Virus record (IMG/VR): IMGVR_UViG_3300006099_000007
Location: 15,529-79,528 of that record
DNA length: 64,000 nt
Strand: one strand, 5' to 3'
From: a virus
Taxonomy: Duplodnaviria > Caudoviricetes
Positions 17,702 through 27,046 of the stretch are shown piece by piece. The position numbers and the translations under genes are program-made. Position 1 is the stretch's first letter. Each line of letters starts with the position of its first letter. The notes under the pieces are model-generated. The model was not told where the DNA came from. It ran no database searches and was given only the letters and a program-made list of their open reading frames with translations.

Positions 17702-18074
17702 CGTGCTGGAGAGGCTGAAGGCGGCTTTGGAAGCAGGGCTGTATAAGGCGCGGTTGCTGAAAAAGCATGGGCTGCCTCCGGATACGCCGGCGCGGCTGTT
17801 GGAGGGGGAATGGCTGCACCCTGAATGCGCGGGGCTGAATGCGGCGTGGAAAGATTTTTGGGACAAGCGGCAGGCGTTTTTCTGGACGTTGAAACAGTAC
17901 CACGCGGAGCGGGGCCGGGAGGTTCCGGAATTGGTGAAGGTTCTTTTTGATGCGTTCGTAGAACGGTTGTCGCTGGCGTTTGATGAAGAGGCGTTGAGGT
18001 CGGCTTTTCAGGATGTGCTGGAACAGGTGGAACAGTCTGTTACGGATGATGTGCAAATGGAGTTTTATTTTTAG
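17679..18074 (+). CDS. Hypothetical protein downstream of terminase
   Basis: Overlaps the terminase stop. Confidence 0.5.
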   Translation: MREYRKNDVLERLKAALEAGLYKARLLKKHGLPPDTPARLLEGEWLHPECAGLNAAWKDFWDKRQAFFWTLKQYHAERGREVPELVKVLFDAFVERLSLAFDEEALRSAFQDVLEQVEQSVTDDVQMEFYF

Positions 18075-18167
18075 TGCGGGTTTTCCCGGTGGTGTGGTAT
18101 AGTCCGGGCCGTTGACGGCAGGGAAGGGCCCTGCCGTAACGCTTAACCCCTAAATAGAAAGGTTTAT

Positions 18168-18233
18168 ATGCTCTATGTAAACCCCCTGTTGCTTGAGTGG
18201 CTTGGGCAGGTGCTTGTGCTCCTGATTGGCTAG
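18168..18233 (+). CDS. 21-aa hydrophobic peptide MLYVNPLLLEWLGQVLVLLIG, candidate type I toxin
   Basis: AGAAAGG SD at 18156-18162, extended -10 TGGTATAGT ending at 18103, 5' UTR hairpin, hairpin after the stop. Confidence 0.65.
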   Translation: MLYVNPLLLEWLGQVLVLLIG

Positions 18234-18307
18234 TCAAGCCCTCCCTCCCGAGTGCAAGCGGGAGGGAGGAAAAAGGGGTTGACGTTTTTCTTATATATGC
18301 TATAGGA

Positions 18308-18385
18308 GAATCAGCAGGGATTATAGAGCATCCCGCCTTTCTAAATAAACCCCGCGCCGTTGCACCGGTGCGGGGCTTTTTTTGT
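18308..18385 (+). ncRNA. Candidate antitoxin sRNA, tandem on the same strand
   Basis: TTGACG(18279)-16 bp-TATAGG promoter; three segments complementary to the peptide SD, start and codons 6-8; ends in a hairpin plus T7. Confidence 0.65.
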
Positions 18386-18464
18386 GGAAGATTTTTCAGG
18401 AGATCCCGAACCAGGCGGACCGGTTTGATGCGGATGGTGTTCAACTGGAGAGCGGGGAAGAGTG

Positions 18465-19364
18465 TTATTCTCCGTTTCTCTTAAGCTCTTTTAAGAAAGC
18501 TTCGTGTTCATCCGAAATGACTTCAAACGTGTTGTTGGTTGGTTTGACCCTACTGACATTTATTTGATCATCATAAGAAATTTCATCGCTATAGGTGATT
18601 TTTATACCATTTTTTTCTCCTAAAGTAAGAGCGTTGATGCGTGATTGCGTCAATCCTTCAGGATAAGGGCAGTGCATCCCCAACATAACGCTTTTTATAT
18701 ACAGATTGAATCCTCTGATGAATACTAAACTATCTTCTACTTCTGCGGGAAATGAAGTTGGGATAATAATGCGTTGTTCTTTTTCATATGTCCAAGATTC
18801 ATTTTTTGTAATAAAAATAGGGTTTATTTTGAATTCTATTTGATCTCCAGATGTAGTATATCCTGATAAAATTCCATCGAATTTGGCACGTTCGTTCTGA
18901 TAGTCAATATCCCATAGTATAACATAATTAGTTATTTCTTTTGTTTTTGGATTTTGTTTCGAAAAAAAATAGTCTCCTTCATGTTCTACCATCAATCGCC
19001 TATATATATAGGGATGCTCTTCTTTAGGATCTGATATTCTATTATAACTTTTTTGTTCCGGGAGCGAGGGAAATCTGAAATGCACACAGCATCCTTTATG
19101 GTTATCAGCATAGTGTGCCCACATGGTGGGTGATTTATAGGTTTTGGTAAAGCTCAGGAAGCCGTATTCCTTACGCAAATGATTGCTATCGAAAGAGGTA
19201 TATCCGTCTGGCAATTTTGTTGGCGGGGCTGACATGAATTCGAATGGATCATTGCATTCTTCCGGGAAAAGGACTTTGAGGCGCCCCTTTTCCAATGTTT
19301 TAATCATGTTCTCATAGGACATGAAGATGTAGGCATCAATGTATTTTATATTCTCTCCTGTCAT
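18465..19364 (-). CDS. DUF2971-family protein (AT-rich moron)
   Basis: NDPFE, SPTMWAHYADNHKGCC and TKxxxWxYEKExR motifs. Confidence 0.8.
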   Translation of the reverse strand: MTGENIKYIDAYIFMSYENMIKTLEKGRLKVLFPEECNDPFEFMSAPPTKLPDGYTSFDSNHLRKEYGFLSFTKTYKSPTMWAHYADNHKGCCVHFRFPSLPEQKSYNRISDPKEEHPYIYRRLMVEHEGDYFFSKQNPKTKEITNYVILWDIDYQNERAKFDGILSGYTTSGDQIEFKINPIFITKNESWTYEKEQRIIIPTSFPAEVEDSLVFIRGFNLYIKSVMLGMHCPYPEGLTQSRINALTLGEKNGIKITYSDEISYDDQINVSRVKPTNNTFEVISDEHEAFLKELKRNGE

Positions 19365-19434
19365 GGGAATATATGGAAAGATATGTGAGAAAGGAAGTCA
19401 ATGACATTCGGGCGTTGTGGCGGATGATAGCGGG

Positions 19435-19458
19435 TTTTGAAAAAGCTCCTGAAGGGTA
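19435..19458 (+). promoter_or_regulatory. Unit-1 late-gene motif TTTTGAAAAAGCTCCTGAAGGGTA, copy 1
   Basis: Copies at 21281, 25115 (1 mismatch) and 33062, each just upstream of a structural gene. Confidence 0.75.
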
Positions 19459-19748
19459 TGAACCCTATTGTACAGGCTTATGTGGAAAATTATGATTTGC
19501 CGGATTTGCAGGGAATGCTGCGGGAAAAGCTGGCGATTCTGGAAGGGCGCAAGGAAATAACCGGGGCCTCCACAGGCGGCGGAACGTCCTACACCGCGCA
19601 GGAGACCATGAATTTAAAGGACCATATAGCCTGCTTGCAGGAGGCAATCACGGTCAAGAAGATGGAGGAAGGGGATTTTTCCGGCCTGGCCGCCGCGGAT
19701 GACGGCGTGCGGGAAGTGCGGTTTGACCATACCATAACACGCTTTTGA
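19458..19748 (+). CDS. Head-tail joining (gpW-position) protein
   Basis: Small gene immediately before a lambda-type portal. Confidence 0.5.
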   Translation: MNPIVQAYVENYDLPDLQGMLREKLAILEGRKEITGASTGGGTSYTAQETMNLKDHIACLQEAITVKKMEEGDFSGLAAADDGVREVRFDHTITRF

Positions 19749-19750
19749 CC

Positions 19751-21277
19751 ATGGGCAGGAACAGAAGGAAGGTGTATGCCGGGGCGCGCCGCGGTCATGG
19801 CGCGCGGGTGAAGATGAACCGGGAACCGGAAACGGCGCGGAGGGAGATGTGGGGAGGGTATGCGGCCGCGTTGCAGTTCGGAGGCTCCAGCGTGTTATAC
19901 TGGCCTACGCTGGACAGCCGGTTTGAAGTGGATTCCTGGACGCTGGACCGGGTTTGGCGGAATGCGCGGAATCTGGAAGCGAATTCCGGGCTTGCCGGGA
20001 AGGCCGTGGCGGATGTGGTGGAGTTGCTGGGCTGGCTGGTGCCCCATGCCTGCACGGCGGATGAAGACTGGAATCATGAGGCGGACCAGATTTTTATGAA
20101 TCGGGCCGTGAATCCGGAATTGTTTGACGCCCGCGGAGAGCTGAATTTTTTTACGGCGCAGATATGGAGCGAGCGGCAGCGCGTGATTGACGGCGATATG
20201 CTGACGGTACTGACCAGCGGGCCGGATGACGGCGGGGCGTTCGCGTTTTACGAGGCTCCGCAAGTGCAATCTCCGGCTGATGGGGGGCAGGCGTGGAATT
20301 GCGGCGTGATGCGGGATAAAAACGGGAGGACGGCGGCTTACGGGCTGCGGCATCCGGACAAGGGGGAGGTGACGGTGATTCCGGCCCGTGATGCTATTTT
20401 GTACCGGCACAACATGGGCGGAGGGAAGCCGCGCGGCCTGTCCGATTTGCACCGCGCTATCCGGAATTTGCATGATGAGGCGGATATTGTGGGGTATGTC
20501 AAGCAGTCTGCCAAGCTGGCCGCCTCCGTTGGGCTGGTAGAAACGGGGGACGCGGAGAAACGGCCGGGCATGGGGACCGTGGGCAAGGTGTCCGTGGGGC
20601 CGGACGGGCGCAGGGTGGAGCAGGTGTTAGGGGGGCCTACTGTCCACCAGCTTCCGCCCGGCCGGGATTTGAAGGTGCTGACGGATAACAGGCCGTCTCC
20701 TAATGTGATGGCGTTGCTGAAGCATTTGATGGATGAGGTGGCTTATGGCATCGGGCTTTCTCCGGCGTTGCTGTGGGAGCCTGACAAGTTGGGAAGCGGC
20801 GGCATCCGGTTTGTGATGCAGAAGCTGAAGCGTTGGCTGAAAATCAGGCATGCCTACAGGCAAATGTGGTGCGTGCGGGTGTGGCGTTTCATGCTGGCGC
20901 GGGAAATGGCCCTGGGACGGCTGCGCTTGTGCCGGGATCCGCATTGGGTGCGGTGCCTGTGGACGCCCATGAGCGACATGACTATTGACCTGGGCCGGGA
21001 AGGGAATCTGATGATTAACCTGGTGGATTCCGCTCTGGCGGATCAGGATGGCTGGTGCCTTGCCAATTACGGATGCACGTTTGAGGAAATCGTGAATAAC
21101 AAGATACGGAATTTGAAGATGGCTAAAGAAGCCTGCGCCCGGAACGGACTGACCCTGCAAGAGGTGATTCCGGGAGCGAACCGCGGCGGGGTAGCCGCGG
21201 CGGCGGAGAAACCGGAAGATGAAGAGCCGGGAACGGGCGGCGGGGAAGAGGAAGATGGCTTGCATCCCCATGAATAG
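19751..21277 (+). CDS. Portal protein, lambda family
   Basis: ARNLEANSGLA, RVIDGD and RGLSDL motifs; position after terminase. Confidence 0.9.
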   Translation: MGRNRRKVYAGARRGHGARVKMNREPETARREMWGGYAAALQFGGSSVLYWPTLDSRFEVDSWTLDRVWRNARNLEANSGLAGKAVADVVELLGWLVPHACTADEDWNHEADQIFMNRAVNPELFDARGELNFFTAQIWSERQRVIDGDMLTVLTSGPDDGGAFAFYEAPQVQSPADGGQAWNCGVMRDKNGRTAAYGLRHPDKGEVTVIPARDAILYRHNMGGGKPRGLSDLHRAIRNLHDEADIVGYVKQSAKLAASVGLVETGDAEKRPGMGTVGKVSVGPDGRRVEQVLGGPTVHQLPPGRDLKVLTDNRPSPNVMALLKHLMDEVAYGIGLSPALLWEPDKLGSGGIRFVMQKLKRWLKIRHAYRQMWCVRVWRFMLAREMALGRLRLCRDPHWVRCLWTPMSDMTIDLGREGNLMINLVDSALADQDGWCLANYGCTFEEIVNNKIRNLKMAKEACARNGLTLQEVIPGANRGGVAAAAEKPEDEEPGTGGGEEEDGLHPHE

Positions 21278-21280
21278 CAA

Positions 21281-21304
21281 TTTTGAAAAAGCTCCTGAAG
21301 GGTA
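21281..21304 (+). promoter_or_regulatory. Unit-1 late-gene motif, copy 2
   Basis: Exact 24-bp copy upstream of the Clp protease gene. Confidence 0.75.
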
Positions 21305-21318
21305 CAGAACAGTAATAA

Positions 21319-22440
21319 GTGATGAATAAGATTGTTTTTGCGCAGATGGCGGCACGGCTGGAAGGCGGTGCCGGTGAACAGAAAAAAACGGGCATGCTTG
21401 CCTTTTCCCGCATCATGGAGGCGGAAGAGAAGGTAGGGGTGGCTACCATTTCCGGTTATATCGGTTACGGCAATGCCACGGTTGACGAATTTACGAAGCA
21501 CCTTGAAGAGCTGAAGGCGGAGGGGTGCACGAAGTTTGAAGTCATCCTGAATTCCATGGGCGGCAATTTGTTTGAGGCGTCCGGGATTTACGACATTATC
21601 AAGGGGTGCGGGATGGAGGTGACGGCCAAAATTTACGGGGTAGCCGCTTCCGCCGCGACGCTGATTGCCTGTGCGGCGGGCCGTGTGCTGATTTCGGAAA
21701 ATTCCCGTTATATGGTCCACCGGGCGCGCGGGTGCGCGGTGGGGACGGTGGAAGAGATTGAGGCTTACGCGGCGGATCTGAAGGACGCGGAAGGGCAAGT
21801 GACAGGCATTTACGCGGGGCGTACCGGAAAGAGCCCGGAAGACGTGCTGGCCGTGCTGAACGCGGAGACGTGGATGAACGCGGAAACGGCCGTGAAGGAA
21901 GGCTGGTGTGACGAAGTGATTTCTCCGTCCGCTGCGGAGTCCGGCCAAAAGGAAACGGCCGCGCCGGGGAAAGAAGAGGACGGCGGCGGGGAAGAGGAAG
22001 ACCCTGACGAAGAAGAGAAGGGAGGGCCGCCGCAGAATTACACGGTATTGCGCCGCATGATGGCCGCCGTGGGGCTTGCCGGGAAAAACAGCGTGGAGGA
22101 ACTGGAACGGGAAGTTGCCCGGCTGGTGGCCGAAAACGAAAGGCTGGCGGCGGAAAATGACGGGTTCCGGGGCATGCAGGGGCAGCAGGCGCGCGTGATG
22201 GAGGCGCACGAGCGGGAATTTGAGCAACGCGTGAAGGAGGCCGTTGTGCGGGAAATGGCGGTTATGGGGGTTGCTCCGGTAGGGTTGCCGCCCGCGGAGG
22301 GAGCCACGGAAGAGCACGGAAAGAAAGAACCTGCCATGACGAACGAAAAGCTGAGGGAGATGGCCGCGCAGGATGCGCTGGAATGGATTATGGGGCATCC
22401 GCAGGAGGCCGCGCGGCTGGCGGAGCAGCCGGGGAAATAG
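21319..22440 (+). CDS. ClpP-type head maturation protease with scaffold tail
   Basis: LNSMGG, GVAASAAT, MVHRA and AETWMNAETAVKEGWCD motifs. Confidence 0.9.
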   Translation: MMNKIVFAQMAARLEGGAGEQKKTGMLAFSRIMEAEEKVGVATISGYIGYGNATVDEFTKHLEELKAEGCTKFEVILNSMGGNLFEASGIYDIIKGCGMEVTAKIYGVAASAATLIACAAGRVLISENSRYMVHRARGCAVGTVEEIEAYAADLKDAEGQVTGIYAGRTGKSPEDVLAVLNAETWMNAETAVKEGWCDEVISPSAAESGQKETAAPGKEEDGGGEEEDPDEEEKGGPPQNYTVLRRMMAAVGLAGKNSVEELEREVARLVAENERLAAENDGFRGMQGQQARVMEAHEREFEQRVKEAVVREMAVMGVAPVGLPPAEGATEEHGKKEPAMTNEKLREMAAQDALEWIMGHPQEAARLAEQPGK

Positions 22441-22495
22441 CATCTTGGCCGCCATAGATAGATTTTTACTAACAAAACGCAAACATAAATAAAAT

Positions 22496-23458
22496 ATGAA
22501 CAAGAAAACATTGATGAACATCCCGCGGAATGCCGTGATGGAAGGAAATGATGTCGCCGCTCTGAACTGGACCATTGTTTCACAGGCGGCTATTGCCACC
22601 CTGGAGGAAGAATTGGCTTCAATCAGCCGGTTTTCTCTGGATGTCTCCGGCGAATTCAAGACGGACGGCGATTCCGTCAAGGTGGAAGTGATTGACGGAG
22701 CCGGGGAGGCGTTGAAAAATACGGAAGACTGGAATCAAAGCGAGCTGAAAACCAGCTCCGTTTCCGTGACGCTGAACCGTTATTCCCGGCCGGCTGGCCT
22801 GTCCTATAAGGAAAGGAAAAGCGGGGTGCAGCTTGCGAATAAAGTGCAAACGCTTGTGCGGACGGTCGCCAAAGCGTTTTGGAAGGACCTGATGGCCGCC
22901 ATAGCCGATTCCGGGGCGGAAGTGGTGAATATTGGCCCGCGGGCCGGGTTCAAGCCGGAAATGATGGCGGATGTGATTTGGCCGTCCATGACTAATGGCG
23001 CGGATGCCGTTTATTTGGACCGGATGTATTATTCCAGGCTGATTCCCACGAATGCGCTTGCTCTTAACCTGGCGGACGGGGCTTATTCCATTCCGGGGGG
23101 AATTCACTACGTGGAAGGGGTGAACGTGCTTGCCGGGAATGCCGGGGTTGGTTTTGCGACGCGACCGGACGCGCTGGCCGTTGCCGTCCGTCTTCCGAAT
23201 ATTGACCCGAAGCTGAATTTGGAAACGCAGGTGGTGGAATCTCCTAAGCTGGGGATTTCCCTGCTGCTGAAGTGCTGGCCTGACCAGGGGACGGAAACGG
23301 TTTACATTTCCGCGGAGCTTTTGGCCGGCGTGGCGGTGGGCAATAAGAACCATTTGCGACAGCTTTCCGGCGCAGCTCCGGAGACGGAGGCGGAAGGTGG
23401 AAGCGTTGAGGACGGCGGCGGGGAAGAAACAGGGCCGACTGAAGAGGAAGGGGCCTGA
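22496..23458 (+). CDS. Major capsid protein
   Basis: 320 aa, follows the protease, followed by a terminator. Confidence 0.7.
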   Translation: MNKKTLMNIPRNAVMEGNDVAALNWTIVSQAAIATLEEELASISRFSLDVSGEFKTDGDSVKVEVIDGAGEALKNTEDWNQSELKTSSVSVTLNRYSRPAGLSYKERKSGVQLANKVQTLVRTVAKAFWKDLMAAIADSGAEVVNIGPRAGFKPEMMADVIWPSMTNGADAVYLDRMYYSRLIPTNALALNLADGAYSIPGGIHYVEGVNVLAGNAGVGFATRPDALAVAVRLPNIDPKLNLETQVVESPKLGISLLLKCWPDQGTETVYISAELLAGVAVGNKNHLRQLSGAAPETEAEGGSVEDGGGEETGPTEEEGA

Positions 23459-23496
23459 CGGGTTTTTGGCGGAATCATAGGTAAAAGAGAGCAAAG

Positions 23497-23535
23497 GACC
23501 GGCGCGCGGGGTGTCAATTCCGTGCGCCGGTTTTT
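23497..23535 (+). terminator. Intrinsic terminator after capsid gene
   Basis: ACCGGCGCGCGG/CCGTGCGCCGGT stem plus T-tract. Confidence 0.7.
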
Positions 23536-23546
23536 GTTGAACGGAT

Positions 23547-23867
23547 ATGAGCTTATCAGGAGAAATAAAAAAATTGCTGGACCTTGGGGATCATGAGCAG
23601 GAAGAAGCCTGGGGGGAGCGCGTGACGGTGGACGGCCAGGAATGCCGGGGCGTTTTTGCGCCGCTGGAAGGCTGGTATGAGGTGGAGCTTGGAGGCCGGG
23701 TGTGCAAGGTGCAAACGTCCCTGCGCGTGCGGCGGAAGGCGTTGAAGGGCGTTCCCGCGGCCGGGCGGAAGGTGGTGGCGGTCCGAAGCGGTAGGGCCTT
23801 CCGCATTGCGCGGGTGCGTGACTGGGCCGGAGACGTGGCCCTGGTGCTGGAGTTGTCCGAAGTATAG
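23547..23867 (+). CDS. Head-tail connector-like protein
   Basis: Size and position after the capsid gene. Confidence 0.5.
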   Translation: MSLSGEIKKLLDLGDHEQEEAWGERVTVDGQECRGVFAPLEGWYEVELGGRVCKVQTSLRVRRKALKGVPAAGRKVVAVRSGRAFRIARVRDWAGDVALVLELSEV

Positions 23868-23882
23868 CCGGAAGGGGGGCGA

Positions 23883-24659
23883 ATGGCGCAAGTCAGGTAT
23901 AAAGTGGATATTTCCCGCGTGCTGAAAAGGCTGGCGGAGGTGAAGAAGGTGGGGGCTGACGGCATCAGGGAATTGACCCTTGAATATGCCAAGAGGGCCG
24001 CAAGCAAGGCCATACGCACCACGCCGCCGAACAGCCTGAAGAATGGCGGAAACGGAAAAAGAGCGTTGGAGGAACATATTGCGCGGGATATTGGCGGGGA
24101 TCCGTTGGAAACGGATGTGAGGATGAAGCGCGGTGAGGATGGAAGGCCGGTGCCCTATGCTTACCCCCGGAAGAAGCGCGGCGGGGTGTTGCTGGGGGTG
24201 CGCGGGAAAAAGTTTAAGGGCATGGCCACCGTTTCCGCGGATGCGTTTTTGCGGAGCCATACCCTGCTGAAAATGGGCCGGAAAAGCAGCGTGCGCGTGC
24301 TGAAGGGCGGCGGCCTGATGTCTCCGGGAGTGGCGCAGGCGGGAGACGTGCGAAGGGCTTTGGCGGAGCGGCGGCGGCACGTGGGGAGGATGGCGGCCGG
24401 GTGGCTGCGGGGCGCGCAGGTGGCCGGGCTGAAGAAGGTGCCCGCGTGGATCGCGCGGCACGCCTCCCATTATGACGGCGCGGCTTCTTTGACGGTTCAG
24501 GGCGGCCGGGTGCGGTTTGAGATGGAGAATTGCCCGGAATATCCTGACCGGGGGCAGCTTTCCCGCGTGGCGGCGTATGCGCTGAATTCTGCGGGCCGGG
24601 ATATGCGGAAGGTAATCAAGGGGTATGTGGCCAAGTTGAAAAAGGAGCTTAATTCATGA
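23883..24659 (+). CDS. Neck/tail completion protein
   Basis: Basic protein in neck position. Confidence 0.45.
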   Translation: MAQVRYKVDISRVLKRLAEVKKVGADGIRELTLEYAKRAASKAIRTTPPNSLKNGGNGKRALEEHIARDIGGDPLETDVRMKRGEDGRPVPYAYPRKKRGGVLLGVRGKKFKGMATVSADAFLRSHTLLKMGRKSSVRVLKGGGLMSPGVAQAGDVRRALAERRRHVGRMAAGWLRGAQVAGLKKVPAWIARHASHYDGAASLTVQGGRVRFEMENCPEYPDRGQLSRVAAYALNSAGRDMRKVIKGYVAKLKKELNS

Positions 24660-25120
24660 TGACACAGGCAGATTGTTTGATTAAGGCGGTGATTGCGTGC
24701 CTGGAGGCGCGTTTTCAGGAAGACAGGGGGAACACGGAACGGGGGATTCCGGACGGGTTCCCGGTGCCGTTGAAGATGGCGGTGGACGAAGACCGGGAAG
24801 GGAAGGAATATGCGTTGTTCCAGGCGGCGGAAATGGAGGAAATTGTGGCCGGGTACTGTACGTATCACGCCGGAATATCCGTGGATTTGCATTTGGACGC
24901 CAATGACCGGACGGCGGATGAAATACGGATGTTGCAGGCGTGGATGGAAGAGCGGCTGAAGGAAGTGGACCGCGCCGGGCTGAATGCCGTGGAGAGCCCG
25001 CGGCCCTATCGGAATTTCCTGGTCATAGGCAAGGTAAGGCTGGGGCCCGCGCAGGATGCGGCGGCGGAGGAAGGCGCGTTTGCGGTGACTTGGAAAATGA
25101 CGGTGCCCGTGCAGTTTTGA
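24656..25120 (+). CDS. Tail terminator-like protein
   Basis: Position before the tail tube gene. Confidence 0.45.
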   Translation: MMTQADCLIKAVIACLEARFQEDRGNTERGIPDGFPVPLKMAVDEDREGKEYALFQAAEMEEIVAGYCTYHAGISVDLHLDANDRTADEIRMLQAWMEERLKEVDRAGLNAVESPRPYRNFLVIGKVRLGPAQDAAAEEGAFAVTWKMTVPVQF

Positions 25121-25138
25121 AAAAGCTCCTGAATGGTA
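25115..25138 (+). promoter_or_regulatory. Unit-1 late-gene motif, copy 3
   Basis: TTTTGAAAAAGCTCCTGAATGGTA upstream of the tail tube gene. Confidence 0.75.
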
Positions 25139-25174
25139 GATAGATGAACTCTAACACGAAAGGAAATAGATTAT

Positions 25175-25555
25175 ATGCCTGCACATATTGGAGACGTGCC
25201 CAAATACGGTATTGATTCGCCGGAACAGGGTATTTTTGTTGAGTCGATCGACTTTGACGGCCAACAGGAAATTTATGAACAGAAAAACAATGTTGGGAAA
25301 AAGTGTGGTTTGGTGATTGTAGATGAAGAACTTTCTTTTTCCATGTCCGGCGCGGTTTTATCAACCGGCTCTTCATCTTTGAAGATGGGGGGGACGCTGG
25401 CGCTTGCCAATGAAATTCCGCAGATTTGGCACACCCCTCCCACCGGAACCACGGTCTTCCTGAAGGGGGTGAAGCGCAGTTTGAAGAACACGGACGCGCA
25501 GAAGATGGACGTGAGCGGCACTGTTTACGGGTTCGGGTCGTCTTCGGCTGTCTGA
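25175..25555 (+). CDS. Putative tail tube protein
   Basis: Beta-rich 126 aa, upstream of chaperone and tape measure genes. Confidence 0.55.
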   Translation: MPAHIGDVPKYGIDSPEQGIFVESIDFDGQQEIYEQKNNVGKKCGLVIVDEELSFSMSGAVLSTGSSSLKMGGTLALANEIPQIWHTPPTGTTVFLKGVKRSLKNTDAQKMDVSGTVYGFGSSSAV

Positions 25556-25587
25556 AGCTTGAATAAAAAAGTTAGATAGTAAGATTG

Positions 25588-26061
25588 ATGAATGCCGCAG
25601 ACAATAAAAAACTGGAAAGTGATGTGGTAGTTTTTACCGAAAACGCCTCCAGATACGAAACGGAAAACACCATGCTTGCCGCGTTGCTGCTGACGCTGGG
25701 AGTAAACATGAAATGCACGTCCGGAAGCGTGCTGATAGGCAGCGGCGCGCGCCTTTCCGCGCCGGGCGGGGTGATTACCTGGCAATTTGAGCCGAAAAGC
25801 GAAGATGGAAGGTTTAGGACGGAGGAAGTAATCAAGCTTTTCGGGGATAAGAATTGGCTGACTGACCCGGAAAATGAAAGCCCGCTGGCTTACGTGGCGT
25901 GCGCGTTCCATAATTACAAGCGGCTGCTGGATTTTGTGAAAAGCCAGGTGCCGCTTGCCGTCATCCGCAAGGGGAAAAGGAAGGCCCTGGTGCGGTTGGA
26001 TGCGGATCCGTATTGGCAGGGCGTGGCGGAGGGTTTTCTTGGCGGCCGGCCTTTAATCTAA
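25588..26061 (+). CDS. Hypothetical tail-region protein
   Basis: ORF within the tail operon. Confidence 0.55.
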   Translation: MNAADNKKLESDVVVFTENASRYETENTMLAALLLTLGVNMKCTSGSVLIGSGARLSAPGGVITWQFEPKSEDGRFRTEEVIKLFGDKNWLTDPENESPLAYVACAFHNYKRLLDFVKSQVPLAVIRKGKRKALVRLDADPYWQGVAEGFLGGRPLI

Positions 26062-26090
26062 CTTAATTGACAACCAAAAAAGCAAGAAAG

Positions 26091-26588
26091 ATGGAACTAC
26101 AGGAACATGAAAGGCGCGCCCTGACGGAAGCGGCGTTGATCGGGGGAAATGAATTCCGCTGGAAGAGCTACCGGCTGCGGTGTATGACCCTGGGGAGCAT
26201 GCTGCAGTTGCAGCGCATCGGGAATCCTTACAGCCGCTTGGGGGAAATTAACCTGGGCCCAGATGAAAACGGGCGGCATCCGTCCATGTGGGAAGCCCTG
26301 GGCGTAACCGACAAGGCGCAAATTGTCTATTATCTGGCGGAATTCCTGTGGGTCCACATGGGAAACCGGGAGGAAGTCAGGGAAGGGGTTTTTGCGCCGG
26401 AGGAAGACCGGCGCGCCCTGGTGGAAGCGGCTGCTATGAACATTCCCGGCCGGGATTTGGTGGAACTGGAATGCGCCGTGCTGGGGGATATAGAAGTGAT
26501 TCAGGCGGGCATGGTGAATCCGGAGCCGGAAGGGGAGGATGAAGAGGACCCTTTAGGGCGTGGCCGTCCTGGGGCGCGGCCATGCTGA
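26091..26588 (+). CDS. Tail assembly chaperone (gpG-like)
   Basis: Upstream of the tape measure gene; contains a -1 slippery heptamer. Confidence 0.7.
   Translation: MELQEHERRALTEAALIGGNEFRWKSYRLRCMTLGSMLQLQRIGNPYSRLGEINLGPDENGRHPSMWEALGVTDKAQIVYYLAEFLWVHMGNREEVREGVFAPEEDRRALVEAAAMNIPGRDLVELECAVLGDIEVIQAGMVNPEPEGEDEEDPLGRGRPGARPC
26549..26555 (+). promoter_or_regulatory. -1 programmed frameshift site C CCT TTA
   Basis: X XXY YYZ in the correct frame; the -1 frame is open from 26555 into ORF 26582-26797. Confidence 0.75.
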
Positions 26589-26797
26589 TGACGGTGGCGC
26601 GTGCCACGGGCTGGCCGGAGCGGGAAATTCTGTGGGAAATTCCGCTGGCGCGGCTGGTGCAGTACGTGCATGCGGTCTGGAGCTATGACGCGACGCCGTG
26701 CCGGTGGAGCTGCTACACGGAACCCTCCGGGCATGTGGGGGACGTGCTGGAGCAGGCCCGGGAAGCGTGGAGAAAACAGGTGGAGGGGCTGGAGTGA
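26555..26797 (+). CDS. Frameshift extension (gpT-like) of the tail chaperone
   Basis: -1 frame reads RAWPSWGAAMLMTVARATGWPEREILWEIPL. Confidence 0.7.
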   Translation, partial: RAWPSWGAAMLMTVARATGWPEREILWEIPLARLVQYVHAVWSYDATPCRWSCYTEPSGHVGDVLEQAREAWRKQVEGLE

Positions 26798-26807
26798 TCC
26801 GGCCTCT

Positions 26808-27008
26808 TCATTTTTTGTGGCAGATGAGCCAGAAAATAAGGATGGGAATAAGGATGATAGCCCAGCTTGCCGGATCTGTCAGTATTTCCAGAAGAGGCAG
26901 GAAGAAGCCAAGAAGGAAAATGATTCCGATAATGAAGATGATCACAAGACCTGTTTTTTGTAACAGATACAGCAAGATTTCCATGATGGAGGAAAACACG
27001 AAATCCAT
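26808..27008 (-). CDS. Small membrane protein moron
   Basis: 66 aa, very hydrophobic, AT-rich, inverted between chaperone and tape measure genes. Confidence 0.6.
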   Translation of the reverse strand: MDFVFSSIMEILLYLLQKTGLVIIFIIGIIFLLGFFLPLLEILTDPASWAIILIPILIFWLICHKK

Positions 27009-27046
27009 TTAATTATTTTTTATATTATCAGTCAATGTAAAATATT

